Source: Clostridia bacterium
GTDB taxonomy: Bacteria; Bacillota; Clostridia; CAKSNL01; HGM11501
Direction: 5' to 3'
Length of the DNA stretch: 64,000 nt
Assembly: GCA_017411325.1 (NCBI GenBank)
Contig: JAFQQJ010000019.1
Coordinates: 129,540-193,539 of the forward strand
Of the stretch, positions 7,501-17,487 are shown piece by piece. A program made the position numbers and the translations under genes. Numbering within the stretch: the stretch's first letter is position 1; every line of letters begins with the position of its first letter. The notes under the pieces were generated by a model. The model saw nothing but the letters and a program-made list of their open reading frames with translations. It did no database searches and was not told the DNA's origin.

Positions 7501-9054
7501 ATGAGTATATTAAACGCAGAAAACATAAGCCACAGCTTTGGCGGAAGGCAGATTTTGGAAGATGCCAGCTTCCGCCTGCTTAAGGGCGAACATATCGGAC
7601 TTATCGGCGCCAACGGTGAAGGAAAGTCCACCTTTCTTAAAATAATAACAGGCGAACTTACCCCAGAAGAAGGTAAGGTTGAATGGTGCCGTCACATAAC
7701 CTACGGCTATTTAGACCAGTATTCCACATTGGAAAAGGGCAAAACCATTATGGACATTTTAAGAGGAGCATTTTCCCACCTTTCCGACCTGGAAGCTGAA
7801 ATGATTGCCATATATGACAAAATGGCGGATGTAGCAGACGATGAAATGGCAAATCTTATGGAGGAGGTCGGCACAATTCAGGAAATCCTGGACTCTTCCG
7901 GCTATTACACTATTGACACAAAAATCGTTGAGTACGCCAACGGCCTCGGCTTGTCGGAAATAGGCCTCGACAAGGATGTAACGGAGCTTTCCGGCGGTCA
8001 GCGTGCAAAGGTTTTGCTTGCCAAGGTGCTTCTTGAAAACCCCATGATTTTAATTTTGGACGAGCCTACAAACTTTTTGGACGAAAACCATATCAATTGG
8101 CTTACGGACTTTTTGCAGAACTATGAAAACGCATTTATATTAGTGTCCCACGATATGCCCTTCCTGACCAAAGTTACAAACGTAATCTATCACCTTGAAA
8201 ACACGGTTTTAACAAGATACAAAGGCACATACGATGACTTTTTAAGGATGTACGACTTGAAGAAGCAGCAGGTTGAGCAGGCATTTAAGAAACAGCAGAA
8301 GAAAATTGCCGACCTTGAGGACTTTGTTGCAAGAAACAAGGCACGCGCCGCAACCGCAACATTGGCTCGTTCAAGGCAGAGAGAGCTTGACAAGATGGAG
8401 AAAATTACCATCGCTCCCGAAAAGATACGCCCCACCTTCTCCTTTAAGTCAGACCGTACACCCGGCAAGGTGGTAATTTCCGCAAAGGATCTTGTCATAG
8501 GCTATGACTCTCCCCTTTCCAAAAAGATTGACATTGAGATTGAGCGAAACAAAAAAATCGCCATAAAAGGCGTTAACGGTCTCGGGAAATCCACACTTTT
8601 AAAAACATTGCTTAAGCTTATCCCTCCCATTGAAGGAGATATTCAGCACGACCAGTTTATAAACGTGGGCTATTTTGAGCAGGAGGAAATTGCCTCCGAC
8701 AAAACTGCCCTTGCCGAATTCTGGGACACCTTCCCCTCCCTTACCAACGCCGAGGCGAGAGCCGCCCTTGCAAAGTGCGGTCTTACCACCGACCATATCA
8801 CAAGTCAGATGAAGGTGTTGTCGGGCGGTGAAAACGCCAAGGTACGCCTTTGTAAAATTATGCAGAGCCCTGCAAATATTTTAGTATTGGACGAGCCGAC
8901 AAACCACCTTGACATTATGGCAAAGGAAGAGCTTGCCAAGGCCATAAAGGAATTTAAGGGAACAGTTTTACTCGTGTGCCACGAAGCAGAATTCTATCAG
9001 GGTATCGTGGACGAGGTTTGGGATGTTTCCTCCTGGAGCACAAAGATAGTTTAA
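7501..9054 (+). CDS. ABC-F family ATP-binding protein
   Basis: Two ABC cassettes (GANGEGKS, LSGGQ, LDEPTN; GVNGLGKS, LSGGE, LDEPTN) and no TM segments. Confidence 0.95.
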   Translation: MSILNAENISHSFGGRQILEDASFRLLKGEHIGLIGANGEGKSTFLKIITGELTPEEGKVEWCRHITYGYLDQYSTLEKGKTIMDILRGAFSHLSDLEAEMIAIYDKMADVADDEMANLMEEVGTIQEILDSSGYYTIDTKIVEYANGLGLSEIGLDKDVTELSGGQRAKVLLAKVLLENPMILILDEPTNFLDENHINWLTDFLQNYENAFILVSHDMPFLTKVTNVIYHLENTVLTRYKGTYDDFLRMYDLKKQQVEQAFKKQQKKIADLEDFVARNKARAATATLARSRQRELDKMEKITIAPEKIRPTFSFKSDRTPGKVVISAKDLVIGYDSPLSKKIDIEIERNKKIAIKGVNGLGKSTLLKTLLKLIPPIEGDIQHDQFINVGYFEQEEIASDKTALAEFWDTFPSLTNAEARAALAKCGLTTDHITSQMKVLSGGENAKVRLCKIMQSPANILVLDEPTNHLDIMAKEELAKAIKEFKGTVLLVCHEAEFYQGIVDEVWDVSSWSTKIV

Positions 9055-9055
9055 G

Positions 9056-9685
9056 AAAACAGGTGCTATAACAAATTATAGCAATTTTGAACCTTCCTGT
9101 AATGCGAAACAAGCTTCGTCATCCAACATTGAAACTGACAAAACTTACGTCCCCTGTGGTTATCCGGATGTAAACGTGGTAGGCGGAATTCAGTTAAGAC
9201 TTAATGAGCTCGGCTACACAGAGGTTGCTATCACAGGAACTTTTGATTCAAAGACCGAAGCCGGTATCAGAAAATTTCAGGAGAAAAGAGGACTTCCGGT
9301 AACAGGAGTTCTTGACGATGCAACCAAAGCCGAGATGGGCTTTTCCGAGGATTATTCCGTCTCTCGAAAAGGAAAAAATGCAACAATGGGGCACGCACCA
9401 TATTCGCCGCCATTTGATATGGATGCTTACAGGAGAAAACAGGAAAGGCTAAAGCGAGAAAAAGAAGAAGCCTTAAAAGCAAAAGAAGATGAGGAAAATC
9501 TACCCTTTTATAAAAAGTTAATCCCCCCGTTCCCTTTGCGAAAAATATACGAGGGTACTGCTCCCACAGCATCAGATCTGACGGAAGAAAATAAATTGCT
9601 GGAAAATTCCAACGAAGGAGTTTTGCAAGACGGAAATGTTATCGACGGAGCCAACTATCCTTATCCTGTTGACGGATATAATTAA
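9056..9685 (+). pseudogene. 5'-truncated peptidoglycan-binding (PG_binding_1) protein with charged linker and variable C-terminus
   Basis: DVNVGGIQLRLNELGY...TGTFDSKTEAGIRKFQ..RGLPVTG.LD..T is a PG-binding motif. The frame is open back to about 9050 with no ATG or RBS, and the GTG at 9176 lies inside the domain. Confidence 0.6.
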
Positions 9686-9701
9686 TAAGGAGGAGTTATA
9701 A

Positions 9702-10667
9702 TTGAAAATGAAAAAGCTTGTTATATGGAGATTTTTACTGCTACTTATATTCACCGCTATTGCAACTATTTTGGCGTACGGGATAGTCTGCTTTGACCAA
9801 AGATGGTCAAATGGCAAAAATGATATTTACAAGTTGCCGCTTTTCATAGCCATAGCCATAATTTCGTTTATATATTTTTTCGTGGGGAAAAAATATAATG
9901 ATGTAAATGTAAAAAAGCTTTTTCTTATTTTTTCAATTTGGACTGCAGTAATATCTTCAGTTTCTTTCCTTACTAAAAATCCTACGATACTTCTTTTAAG
10001 CGGAATACACTATTATTATTCCGGAGCAATTTTGGAAATATTCCCTGCGTCAACTCCCGTTATCATTCTTATATCGGGTTTTATTTCAGAAATGCTTGTT
10101 CTTACAACCGGCATCGTTTACGGAAGATTATCCAAGCCCGAGAAGAAATACACTTTCACATTCTATAAAATATCTTCTCTGTTATTGTGGATTCTCTCTA
10201 TGCTCTTTTTCTACTCAATAACTCTTATTTTCTTAAAAATCCCCTATACAGTACTTAAACAAAACATCGCACTTGAATCAGGACGTATAATTTCAGGCAT
10301 TCTTTGTTGCCTTTGGTACTTTTTTGCCGGAATAAAAACCTCAAAGGGCAATTTATTGAAAACACTTTCAGCCATTTCTCTATGGAACGTACTTGCTGTA
10401 ATATTAAGATTTGTAAGCACCTCCTTTATCCCCCTTTATCTCAGCGGAGGCTATATATCCATTTTGAGTGCAGTCTCTGTTTTTACCAACTCAAAAGCTA
10501 TAATTTATCTATCAGCTTTTGCAGTAGAACTCGCCTTAATTTCATCAGGTGTATTTTTAGGACGGCATCTTGATAAAAAGAAAGCACCATCCTTCAAAAA
10601 TGATGAAGAAAATGGATGCTTACAAGAAAGCACAGGAAAGGCTGAAGCGAGAAAAAGAAGAAGCTAA
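9702..10667 (+). CDS. Multi-pass membrane protein made of two ~140-aa homologous units (candidate immunity-like protein)
   Basis: Strong RBS AAGGAGGAG. About 8 hydrophobic segments. Both halves carry YFF.G.K, W and E....S/TG...GR patterns shared with 10886..11326. Confidence 0.7.
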   Translation: MKMKKLVIWRFLLLLIFTAIATILAYGIVCFDQRWSNGKNDIYKLPLFIAIAIISFIYFFVGKKYNDVNVKKLFLIFSIWTAVISSVSFLTKNPTILLLSGIHYYYSGAILEIFPASTPVIILISGFISEMLVLTTGIVYGRLSKPEKKYTFTFYKISSLLLWILSMLFFYSITLIFLKIPYTVLKQNIALESGRIISGILCCLWYFFAGIKTSKGNLLKTLSAISLWNVLAVILRFVSTSFIPLYLSGGYISILSAVSVFTNSKAIIYLSAFAVELALISSGVFLGRHLDKKKAPSFKNDEENGCLQESTGKAEARKRRS

Positions 10668-10848
10668 AAAGGCATCGGAAGAGGAAGAAAACTATTCTCC
10701 TTTGGCATGGCTGCTAAACTTACCTTTATATTTGCTATCACTTTTACTTGGCGAAGATGCCGTCAACGGTATGAACCCCAGAACAGAGGTAGCAGAAGAT
10801 CCTTTACAAGAAAGAAGAGGATTTATGGAAAAACGGTACTATGAATGA
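10612..10848 (+). pseudogene. Orphan C-terminal cassette homologous to the linker of 9056..9685
   Basis: MDAYKKAQERLKREKEEA versus MDAYRRKQERLKREKEEA, followed by an unrelated hydrophobic tail. Overlaps the 3' end of the upstream gene. Confidence 0.5.
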
Positions 10849-10885
10849 TTATAATAATTAGTATTAATTAAAAAGAGGGATAGAT

Positions 10886-11326
10886 GTGAAAAAGCTTATT
10901 ATATGGAGATTACTGATACTTCCAATCGGTTTCGCAGTAGAATGTGCGGCAGCAACCTTTGCCGTATATATTTTAAAAATACCTTCAAAAACAGGGCTTA
11001 TTGCAGGTACTATTTTCGGCGTACTTTCTGCAGCTGTTTTATACTTTCTTGCAGGATTTAAAAATCGCAAATCAAGTATCCCGAAAATATCCTTGTGGTA
11101 TTTTTTATGGACTGTGGCAGTTCTTGTGATTGCTTCATTTTTTAAGTCTCCCATTTTAGGCCTTGTTGCAGGCGGATATAGTTTATTTTCTCAAATAAAC
11201 TATTTTCTGCCGACAGGTGCAGAAATTTTATGTTCCGCTTTAGCATTTATTTTGGAAATTTTCTTTTTAGCCTCAGGTGTACTTTTTGGACGGCATCTTG
11301 ATAAAAAGAAAACCAAAATAGTTTAA
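10886..11326 (+). CDS. Four-TM membrane protein, paralog of 9702..10667
   Basis: RBS AGAGGG, then GTG. MKKLIIWRLL versus MKKLVIWRFL, and SGVLFGRHLDKKK versus SGVFLGRHLDKKK. Confidence 0.72.
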   Translation: MKKLIIWRLLILPIGFAVECAAATFAVYILKIPSKTGLIAGTIFGVLSAAVLYFLAGFKNRKSSIPKISLWYFLWTVAVLVIASFFKSPILGLVAGGYSLFSQINYFLPTGAEILCSALAFILEIFFLASGVLFGRHLDKKKTKIV

Positions 11327-11337
11327 GGAGAATTATT

Positions 11338-13539
11338 ATGAAGCAAAATGAAGTTTTCGCTTCCGCCCTGTGGCTTGGAAGCAACGATGATAATACCGAT
11401 GCCTTTTACATACTCCGAGGAAAATTTTCTGTTTCAGAGGTTAAAAAGGCGACTTTACGCGTTTTAGGCCTTGGCTTTTTCCATTGCTACATAAACGGAC
11501 GCCGGGTGGGGGATGATTTGTTTTTACCCCTTACAACGGACTATGAGCCCCGAAAAAACTTTCCGTCAGGCGAAATTTTATCGGGACACAGAATTTATGT
11601 CCCCGAATATGACATTACCGATATGCTATGCGAAGGCGAGAACGTAATCGCCATACATTTTGGCGGAGGCTGGTATACCTTTAATCATCCAATAGAAAAC
11701 TTTAAGGATTCCGATATGCGCTTCGGTGTCCCCAAGGCTATATGGCGCATTTTCGGAGAGGATAAAGGCGGAAGCTTTGAAGCATTATCAAGCGAAGAAG
11801 ACATCCTTCTTCCCGGCTTTATAAAAAATTATTTTTTCCCACGAAGGGAATATCAGGACTATTTCTTAAATTCAGAGGATGCCTTTTTGCCTGACTTTGA
11901 CGATTCGGATTTCCCGAAGGCGAAAGCCGTAACGCCGCCTTATACCACCTATCATTTTACAAGCTGTCCCAAAGACAAGGTGTGTGAAATTTTGTACCCG
12001 GAAAAGATTGCCGAAAACGAAGAATATACCTTGTATGACTGCGGTAAAAACACAACAGGCTATCCCGTAATTGAAATTACCCATCCCGAAAAGCAGGCTG
12101 TAAAGTGCATTTTTTCCGAGGAATTGTCCGGCAGTGCACTTGACGAAGGCTTTTCCCACTGGCAGGAATTTACCGTTATTTCCGACGGCAAAAAGCGCCT
12201 TGTCCATCCCCTTTTCACCTGGTTTGGCTTCCGTTACTTCGCCGTTTACGGAAAGGCGGAGTTAAAGTGTGTGGAGGTTATTCACTCGGATGTTACCGTT
12301 ACCGGCGAATTTGAGTCGGACAACGAAATGCTTAATAAAATCCATGAGCTTTTTATAAACACTCAGCTTACCAATATGCACGGCGGAATCCCCTCGGACT
12401 GCCCTCACCTGGAGCGCCGCGGCTACACGGGTGACGGTCAGCTTTGCTGCCACGCCGCAATGACCTTGCTTTCCGCAAAAGACTTTTACAGAAAATGGAT
12501 TTACGACATATTTGACTGTCAGGACACTTTGACGGGCCATGTTCAGTACACCGCTCCATACACCCATTCGGGCGGAGGGCCCGGAGGCTGGGGCTGTGCC
12601 ATAATCGAAGTTCCATACCGCTATTATCTCCACTATGGAGAAACCGATGTTCTTTCAGAATGCTATCCCAAGGCAAAACGCTATTTTGACTATCTTGAAA
12701 GCCACTCGGAAAACAATCTTGTAATAGCGGACAAGGAAGGCGAATGGTGCTTAGGCGACTGGTGTACCCCCACTTTTGTTGCTCTTCCCGCGCCCTTTGT
12801 AAACAATTATTTTTACATAAAAAGCTTGTACCGTGCCATCGAAGTTGCAAAAATCATCGGAAGCGAAGCGGACATCCCCCTTTTCGAGGAAAGAATCGAG
12901 GCACGCAAGAAGGCAATAAGAAATGCCTATTTTAACCCCTGGGACGGAAATTTCCTGGGCGGAGTTCAGGGGGCAAACGCCTTTGCCCTTGATATAGGAT
13001 TGGGCGACCACAGAACTTACCCCAACCTTATTTCCCGATACGAAAAAATGAATGAATTTGATACAGGTATTTTCGGAACGGATATTTTGATAAGGCTGCT
13101 TTTCGAGCGTGGCAACGGTGACCTTGCCGTTAAAATGCTGTCATCAGGCGGCGTTCACTCATTTTCCGAAATGGTTAAAAGAGGGGCTACCACCATCTGG
13201 GAATACTGGCCCGAGTCGCTCCGTAACCGCTCCCTCAACCACCCGATGTTCGGCGCTGTTACGGCATATCTTTACGATTATCTTTTGGGCATCCGCCAGA
13301 AAGAGGGCTCAAAGGGCTATGATGACCTTATAATCGCTCCCGTTTTAGTGGACGAAATAAATCATCTTTCGGGCAAAAGAGTTCTTCCGAAGGGCGAAGT
13401 TTCAGTATCCTATGAAAAGAAGGATGAAAAGGTTTATTTTACAATAACCATCCCCGAAGGACAAAATGCAGAATTTATTTTGAGAGAAACAAAATCCCCC
13501 CTTTCATCGGGCGAAAACAGATTTACACTTGATTTATAA
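11338..13539 (+). CDS. Alpha-L-rhamnosidase-family glycoside hydrolase (GH78)
   Basis: LGLGFF..YING..VG, IPSDCPHLERRGYTGD, GDW, GATTIWEYW, SLNHPMFG motifs. No signal peptide. Confidence 0.9.
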   Translation: MKQNEVFASALWLGSNDDNTDAFYILRGKFSVSEVKKATLRVLGLGFFHCYINGRRVGDDLFLPLTTDYEPRKNFPSGEILSGHRIYVPEYDITDMLCEGENVIAIHFGGGWYTFNHPIENFKDSDMRFGVPKAIWRIFGEDKGGSFEALSSEEDILLPGFIKNYFFPRREYQDYFLNSEDAFLPDFDDSDFPKAKAVTPPYTTYHFTSCPKDKVCEILYPEKIAENEEYTLYDCGKNTTGYPVIEITHPEKQAVKCIFSEELSGSALDEGFSHWQEFTVISDGKKRLVHPLFTWFGFRYFAVYGKAELKCVEVIHSDVTVTGEFESDNEMLNKIHELFINTQLTNMHGGIPSDCPHLERRGYTGDGQLCCHAAMTLLSAKDFYRKWIYDIFDCQDTLTGHVQYTAPYTHSGGGPGGWGCAIIEVPYRYYLHYGETDVLSECYPKAKRYFDYLESHSENNLVIADKEGEWCLGDWCTPTFVALPAPFVNNYFYIKSLYRAIEVAKIIGSEADIPLFEERIEARKKAIRNAYFNPWDGNFLGGVQGANAFALDIGLGDHRTYPNLISRYEKMNEFDTGIFGTDILIRLLFERGNGDLAVKMLSSGGVHSFSEMVKRGATTIWEYWPESLRNRSLNHPMFGAVTAYLYDYLLGIRQKEGSKGYDDLIIAPVLVDEINHLSGKRVLPKGEVSVSYEKKDEKVYFTITIPEGQNAEFILRETKSPLSSGENRFTLDL

Positions 13540-13558
13540 AACTTTGCGAGGTACAGCT

Positions 13559-14284
13559 ATGTCAACTACACTTAAAACAAGAATCGAAAGCTATGATGTG
13601 ACGCCAAAAGGACTTATGCGCCAGTCCACCATCTTCCGCCTTTGTCAGAGAGCTGCGGGAGACGACCTTGATAAGGTGGGCGGAAGCTTTGAAACATTAG
13701 TTTCCCACGGCCTTACCTTTGTGATTACCAAAATGGAAATTACGTATTTTGCCGATATTATTACCTATGACGAAATTGAAATTATAACATACCCGAGAGG
13801 TGTTAAAGGCCCCTCCTTTATCCGTGACTACGACATACTTAAAAATGGAGAAAGAGTTGCCTATGCCTCCTCCCACTGGGTTTTAATCGATATAGAAAAA
13901 AGAAAGTTCTGCCGCCCGGTGTCCCTTTCTTCCGTGTGCGAAATTATCCCCGATATGGATAATTTATATGAAATGGAAATGAGAAAAATCCACCCTGACT
14001 TAAGCGAAATGGAAAAAGCTGATGAGCGAAAGGTATACTATTCAAATATTGACCGAAACAACCATATGAATAACACCTTTTATCCCGACATTTTGTTTGA
14101 CTATCTCCCCGATAGCTATTTAGATACCCTGAAAGGCAAAACCGTAACCGTTCAGTACAGCTCGGAAATACTCTGCGGTGAGCACTTTACTGTTTATAAA
14201 AAGGAAGAAAATGGCGCTTTTACTCTCTCTGCAAGATGCGAAAAAGAGGATAAGGACATTTTCTCCGCAATGATAACAATGTAA
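13559..14284 (+). CDS. Acyl-ACP thioesterase (double hotdog)
   Basis: RIESYDV, RDY, A.ASSHWVLIDIEKRK, YSNIDRNNHMNN motifs. RBS GAGG before ATG 13559. Confidence 0.85.
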   Translation: MSTTLKTRIESYDVTPKGLMRQSTIFRLCQRAAGDDLDKVGGSFETLVSHGLTFVITKMEITYFADIITYDEIEIITYPRGVKGPSFIRDYDILKNGERVAYASSHWVLIDIEKRKFCRPVSLSSVCEIIPDMDNLYEMEMRKIHPDLSEMEKADERKVYYSNIDRNNHMNNTFYPDILFDYLPDSYLDTLKGKTVTVQYSSEILCGEHFTVYKKEENGAFTLSARCEKEDKDIFSAMITM

Positions 14285-14303
14285 AAAGAAAGGCTGTGAT
14301 TTT

Positions 14304-15353
14304 ATGAGTCTGGCAAAAATGCAGAATTTTGAATCAAGATCAATTTCTCCCGAAAACTTTACCGGTGAAAAGGGAAAAGGCGGAATGGCTTTGACGGGAA
14401 CAGGCGAAAACGCCGCCCGTGATCTTGGTCAGGGCTGGAAGGTTTCTCCATATATAGTGATAAAGCCCGGCGAAACCTTTCCCCTTGGTGCAATGGACGG
14501 TCCCGGCATAATAAAGCACATATGGATAACAGACAGCTGTCCCAAAAACAGAATGCTTATTATAAGAATGTACTGGGACGGAAGCGATACCCCCTCTGTT
14601 GAAGTGCCCCTGGGTGACTTTTTCGCATCTGCCGAGTATCAGCGCTATGCTCCGCTTGCATCAATTCCCGTTTGCGTAAATCCCAAAAAGGGGCTTAACT
14701 GCTACTGGGATATGCCCTTTTATAAAAACTGCCGTATAACCCTTGAAAATCTTCACTCAGAAGATGTTTCTGTATATTATCAGATTGACTATGTAGTAGG
14801 CGACATCCCAGAGGACTACGGCTATTTCCACGCCCAGTTCAGACGCGTAAATCCCCTTCCCTACAAGGAATGCTACACAATTCTTGACAATGTATCAGGC
14901 AACGGTCACTATGTAGGTACATATATGTTCTGGGGCGTAAACAACACAGGCTGGTGGGGCGAAGGCGAAATCAAGTTTTATCTTGACGGCGACAGGGAAT
15001 TCCCCACAATCTGCGGCACCGGCACAGAGGATTATTTCTGCGGCTCATGGAACTTTGACATAGGCGGAAAATATCAGGAATTCTGCACGCCCTATTCAGG
15101 TATGCCCAAGGTTATAAGACCGGACGGGCTTTACAGCTCGCAGCAGCGTTTTTCACTTTACAGATGGCACATAAACGATCCTGTCTACTTTAAGAAGGAT
15201 ATAAAGGTTACCATTCAGGCTCTGGGCTGGAGAAGCAACAAGCGCTATCTTCCCCTTCAGGATGACATTTCATCCGTTGCCTTCTGGTATCAGGACAGCA
15301 TTTGCAAAACCTTCCCGCCCTTCCCTTCAGTAGATGAGCTTGAAATTATATAA
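14304..15353 (+). CDS. DUF2961 / GH172-family glycoside hydrolase
   Basis: SRSISPENFTGEKGKGG, GPGIIKHIW, VPLGDFF, WWGEGE, GTGTEDYF. Confidence 0.9.
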   Translation: MSLAKMQNFESRSISPENFTGEKGKGGMALTGTGENAARDLGQGWKVSPYIVIKPGETFPLGAMDGPGIIKHIWITDSCPKNRMLIIRMYWDGSDTPSVEVPLGDFFASAEYQRYAPLASIPVCVNPKKGLNCYWDMPFYKNCRITLENLHSEDVSVYYQIDYVVGDIPEDYGYFHAQFRRVNPLPYKECYTILDNVSGNGHYVGTYMFWGVNNTGWWGEGEIKFYLDGDREFPTICGTGTEDYFCGSWNFDIGGKYQEFCTPYSGMPKVIRPDGLYSSQQRFSLYRWHINDPVYFKKDIKVTIQALGWRSNKRYLPLQDDISSVAFWYQDSICKTFPPFPSVDELEII

Positions 15354-15381
15354 AAAAGTTGAGGCAATGCCTCAACTTTTT
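15353..15381. terminator. Bidirectional terminator
   Basis: AAAAAGTTGAGGCA-A-TGCCTCAACTTTTT. Confidence 0.8.
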
Positions 15382-17317
15382 ATTTTATCAGATTTATTAC
15401 AGCTGCTTTATATCCCGGAAGTCCATCTATTATCACCTTGTTACCTTCTAAACTTGCCGAAACGCCGATGGCTTCAACCTTTGAATATTCGCCGTCCAGG
15501 AGTATTTCAGAATCAATTATCTCGTCCGTGTTCATATTAAAGAGAGCAACGGAAAGCTCTTTTTCGTCCTTACTTTTTGCCTGAATGGTATAAAGATAGG
15601 GATTTTTAAGGCAGCAGGCAGGAATATTTTTTCCGCAAAGCTCCTCTATCACTTTATAAAGCTGTGCCTGACGGTAGTAATTTTTGGAATAGTTTACATT
15701 ATCTCCCGATGAAAAACCCCAAAGGCTCGAAAGGGCGTTATAGCAAAGCACATAGTATTTTATACCGTCTTCGCCACTATATATATAGCTTCCCGGAGTG
15801 TCATCCGGCATAAATTTTGTTAATACTTTCGCTTCCTTCCTGCATTCTACCTTGCAGGTCGAAACCTTTTCAAGGCCCGTTATGGTGTCTTTTGTTTCGG
15901 GATAGTATTCGCCTTCAAAGCCTCTTCCCTCATAGCTTATAAGACCTGTATCAAAACCTCGCTCATTTAGCCTTAAAGCACCCTGAATGTCCACAATAAC
16001 TCCGTTTTTCATATCCTCTTTCTTTATATAGCGTGCATTTTCCCCAAAGGCAACAATCGGGTAGTCGCCCCCTTCAAAAACTGTGGGAATGCCGTTTTCC
16101 GCAAAGAATCGACCGCCTGAGGTAAAGCTCATTTTTTCAAAATTTCCGTGGCAGAAAAAGTCAGGAGCCATTTTTGATATGTCAAAGGCGGCAACCTGAT
16201 GCATTTCTTCAAAAATGCTTACGCCCACACATTTTTTATCCTTGAAAAACCGCCTTATTCCTTCTCTCAGCGGATTATTTCTTGCGTGGCGTGCCACATA
16301 GCCCATTTCATAATTTACCGGCCTTGTATAGTCAAACATATATTTAAGCACACCGTCTAAATTTCCCGATGCCATAAGAGCCAGGTCGAAAAGCTCAAGA
16401 TTGGCAGAACCGCACTTGTCCGTGTATCTGGGGCGGGGGTAAACATCGCCCTCGGCAAATACCTCTATGCCCTCTTTCCTGCACCAGGAAGCCTGCATAC
16501 GGGTGTTTTCTATCTGCGATGTAACACGGAGTGAATTGTTGTGATAAGGCGCTCCGAAGGTTCGTACGAATGGCTCGGTATTTCCTGCAAACGCCCTTGA
16601 AAGCTCCATTACATCCGTACCGGAATAATCCCAGGTGTCCGGGGTTGTGCAAAAGCCCATTCTGATTTTCGGGTTTACCTTGTCAAGTGCTTTTCTCATT
16701 CTTCTTGCGAAATTCAGCATACTTTCACTCTGAACTTCCATCCAGAGCTTGCGGTTATTCTGATTTTCCCTTGAAAAGATGAAAGCTGCAATTTCCTCCC
16801 TCGGTATAAACTTACCGATTTTTTCGGAAAACATTTTGAGATGCTTATCACAGCAGCAGGCGGTATAAAGACTTCCCCTGAAATTAAGTCTGAAGTCATC
16901 GTCGAACATTATTATATCGGGACTTAATTTTCCAACCAGGGTAACCACTTTTTCAAAGTGAGTTAAAAACTTTTCAGAAAGCGGGCAAAAAACGCCGTTT
17001 TTAGTATCTCCGTTTGAATCGGTAATAAGGTCGAAGTTATGAGTCAGCCTTACTTCACCAAACTCGTAGCTTAAGGTAGAGCCGTGACCGATTGAGCCCA
17101 TCCAGACTCCCACCTCAAAGCCTTCCTTTTTAAGCTTGTCTATGTAACAGGCTCCCTTTTCGGAGTCGGAAAAAAATTCGAAATTAGTCTGAGTGGGAGG
17201 ATTAAGTCCGCACACGAAAACACGCTCTACCCCTGCCTTTTTAAACTCCTCTAAAAATATAGGGTAGCTATCCTCATTTAAGGAGCCGATACTTACCGGC
17301 ACTGCAATCTTATACAC
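15380..17317 (-). CDS. Uncharacterized glycoside-hydrolase-like protein (putative TIM barrel + C-terminal beta domain)
   Basis: Long ORF with CPLS, DIIMFDDDFR, CCC..H and AEGDVYPRP motifs. GTG at 17317 follows GGAG. No family can be named. Confidence 0.55.
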   Translation of the reverse strand: MYKIAVPVSIGSLNEDSYPIFLEEFKKAGVERVFVCGLNPPTQTNFEFFSDSEKGACYIDKLKKEGFEVGVWMGSIGHGSTLSYEFGEVRLTHNFDLITDSNGDTKNGVFCPLSEKFLTHFEKVVTLVGKLSPDIIMFDDDFRLNFRGSLYTACCCDKHLKMFSEKIGKFIPREEIAAFIFSRENQNNRKLWMEVQSESMLNFARRMRKALDKVNPKIRMGFCTTPDTWDYSGTDVMELSRAFAGNTEPFVRTFGAPYHNNSLRVTSQIENTRMQASWCRKEGIEVFAEGDVYPRPRYTDKCGSANLELFDLALMASGNLDGVLKYMFDYTRPVNYEMGYVARHARNNPLREGIRRFFKDKKCVGVSIFEEMHQVAAFDISKMAPDFFCHGNFEKMSFTSGGRFFAENGIPTVFEGGDYPIVAFGENARYIKKEDMKNGVIVDIQGALRLNERGFDTGLISYEGRGFEGEYYPETKDTITGLEKVSTCKVECRKEAKVLTKFMPDDTPGSYIYSGEDGIKYYVLCYNALSSLWGFSSGDNVNYSKNYYRQAQLYKVIEELCGKNIPACCLKNPYLYTIQAKSKDEKELSVALFNMNTDEIIDSEILLDGEYSKVEAIGVSASLEGNKVIIDGLPGYKAAVINLIK

Positions 17318-17443
17318 AAAAAACCACTCCTTTGCCATATATTAACACAGAAAAAAATCGGTGTCAAGGAATATACTACCCTTTCTTAGTACTATATTAC
17401 ACCTTTACAAGAGATAGGAAAAATCTTCCGGGCAAAACATACA

Positions 17444-17474
17444 TTAAGCCGAGGAGTTTTGACTCCTCGGCTTA
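17444..17474 (-). terminator. Intrinsic terminator of module 1
   Basis: TTAAGCCGAGGAGT-TTTG-ACTCCTCGGCTTAA. Confidence 0.75.
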
Positions 17475-17487
17475 AATATGATTACAT

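Noticed and set aside
7501-9054. Antibiotic-resistance ABC-F
   Set aside because: No leader peptide or attenuator is visible, the promoter looks constitutive, and the subfamily cannot be assigned from motifs alone.
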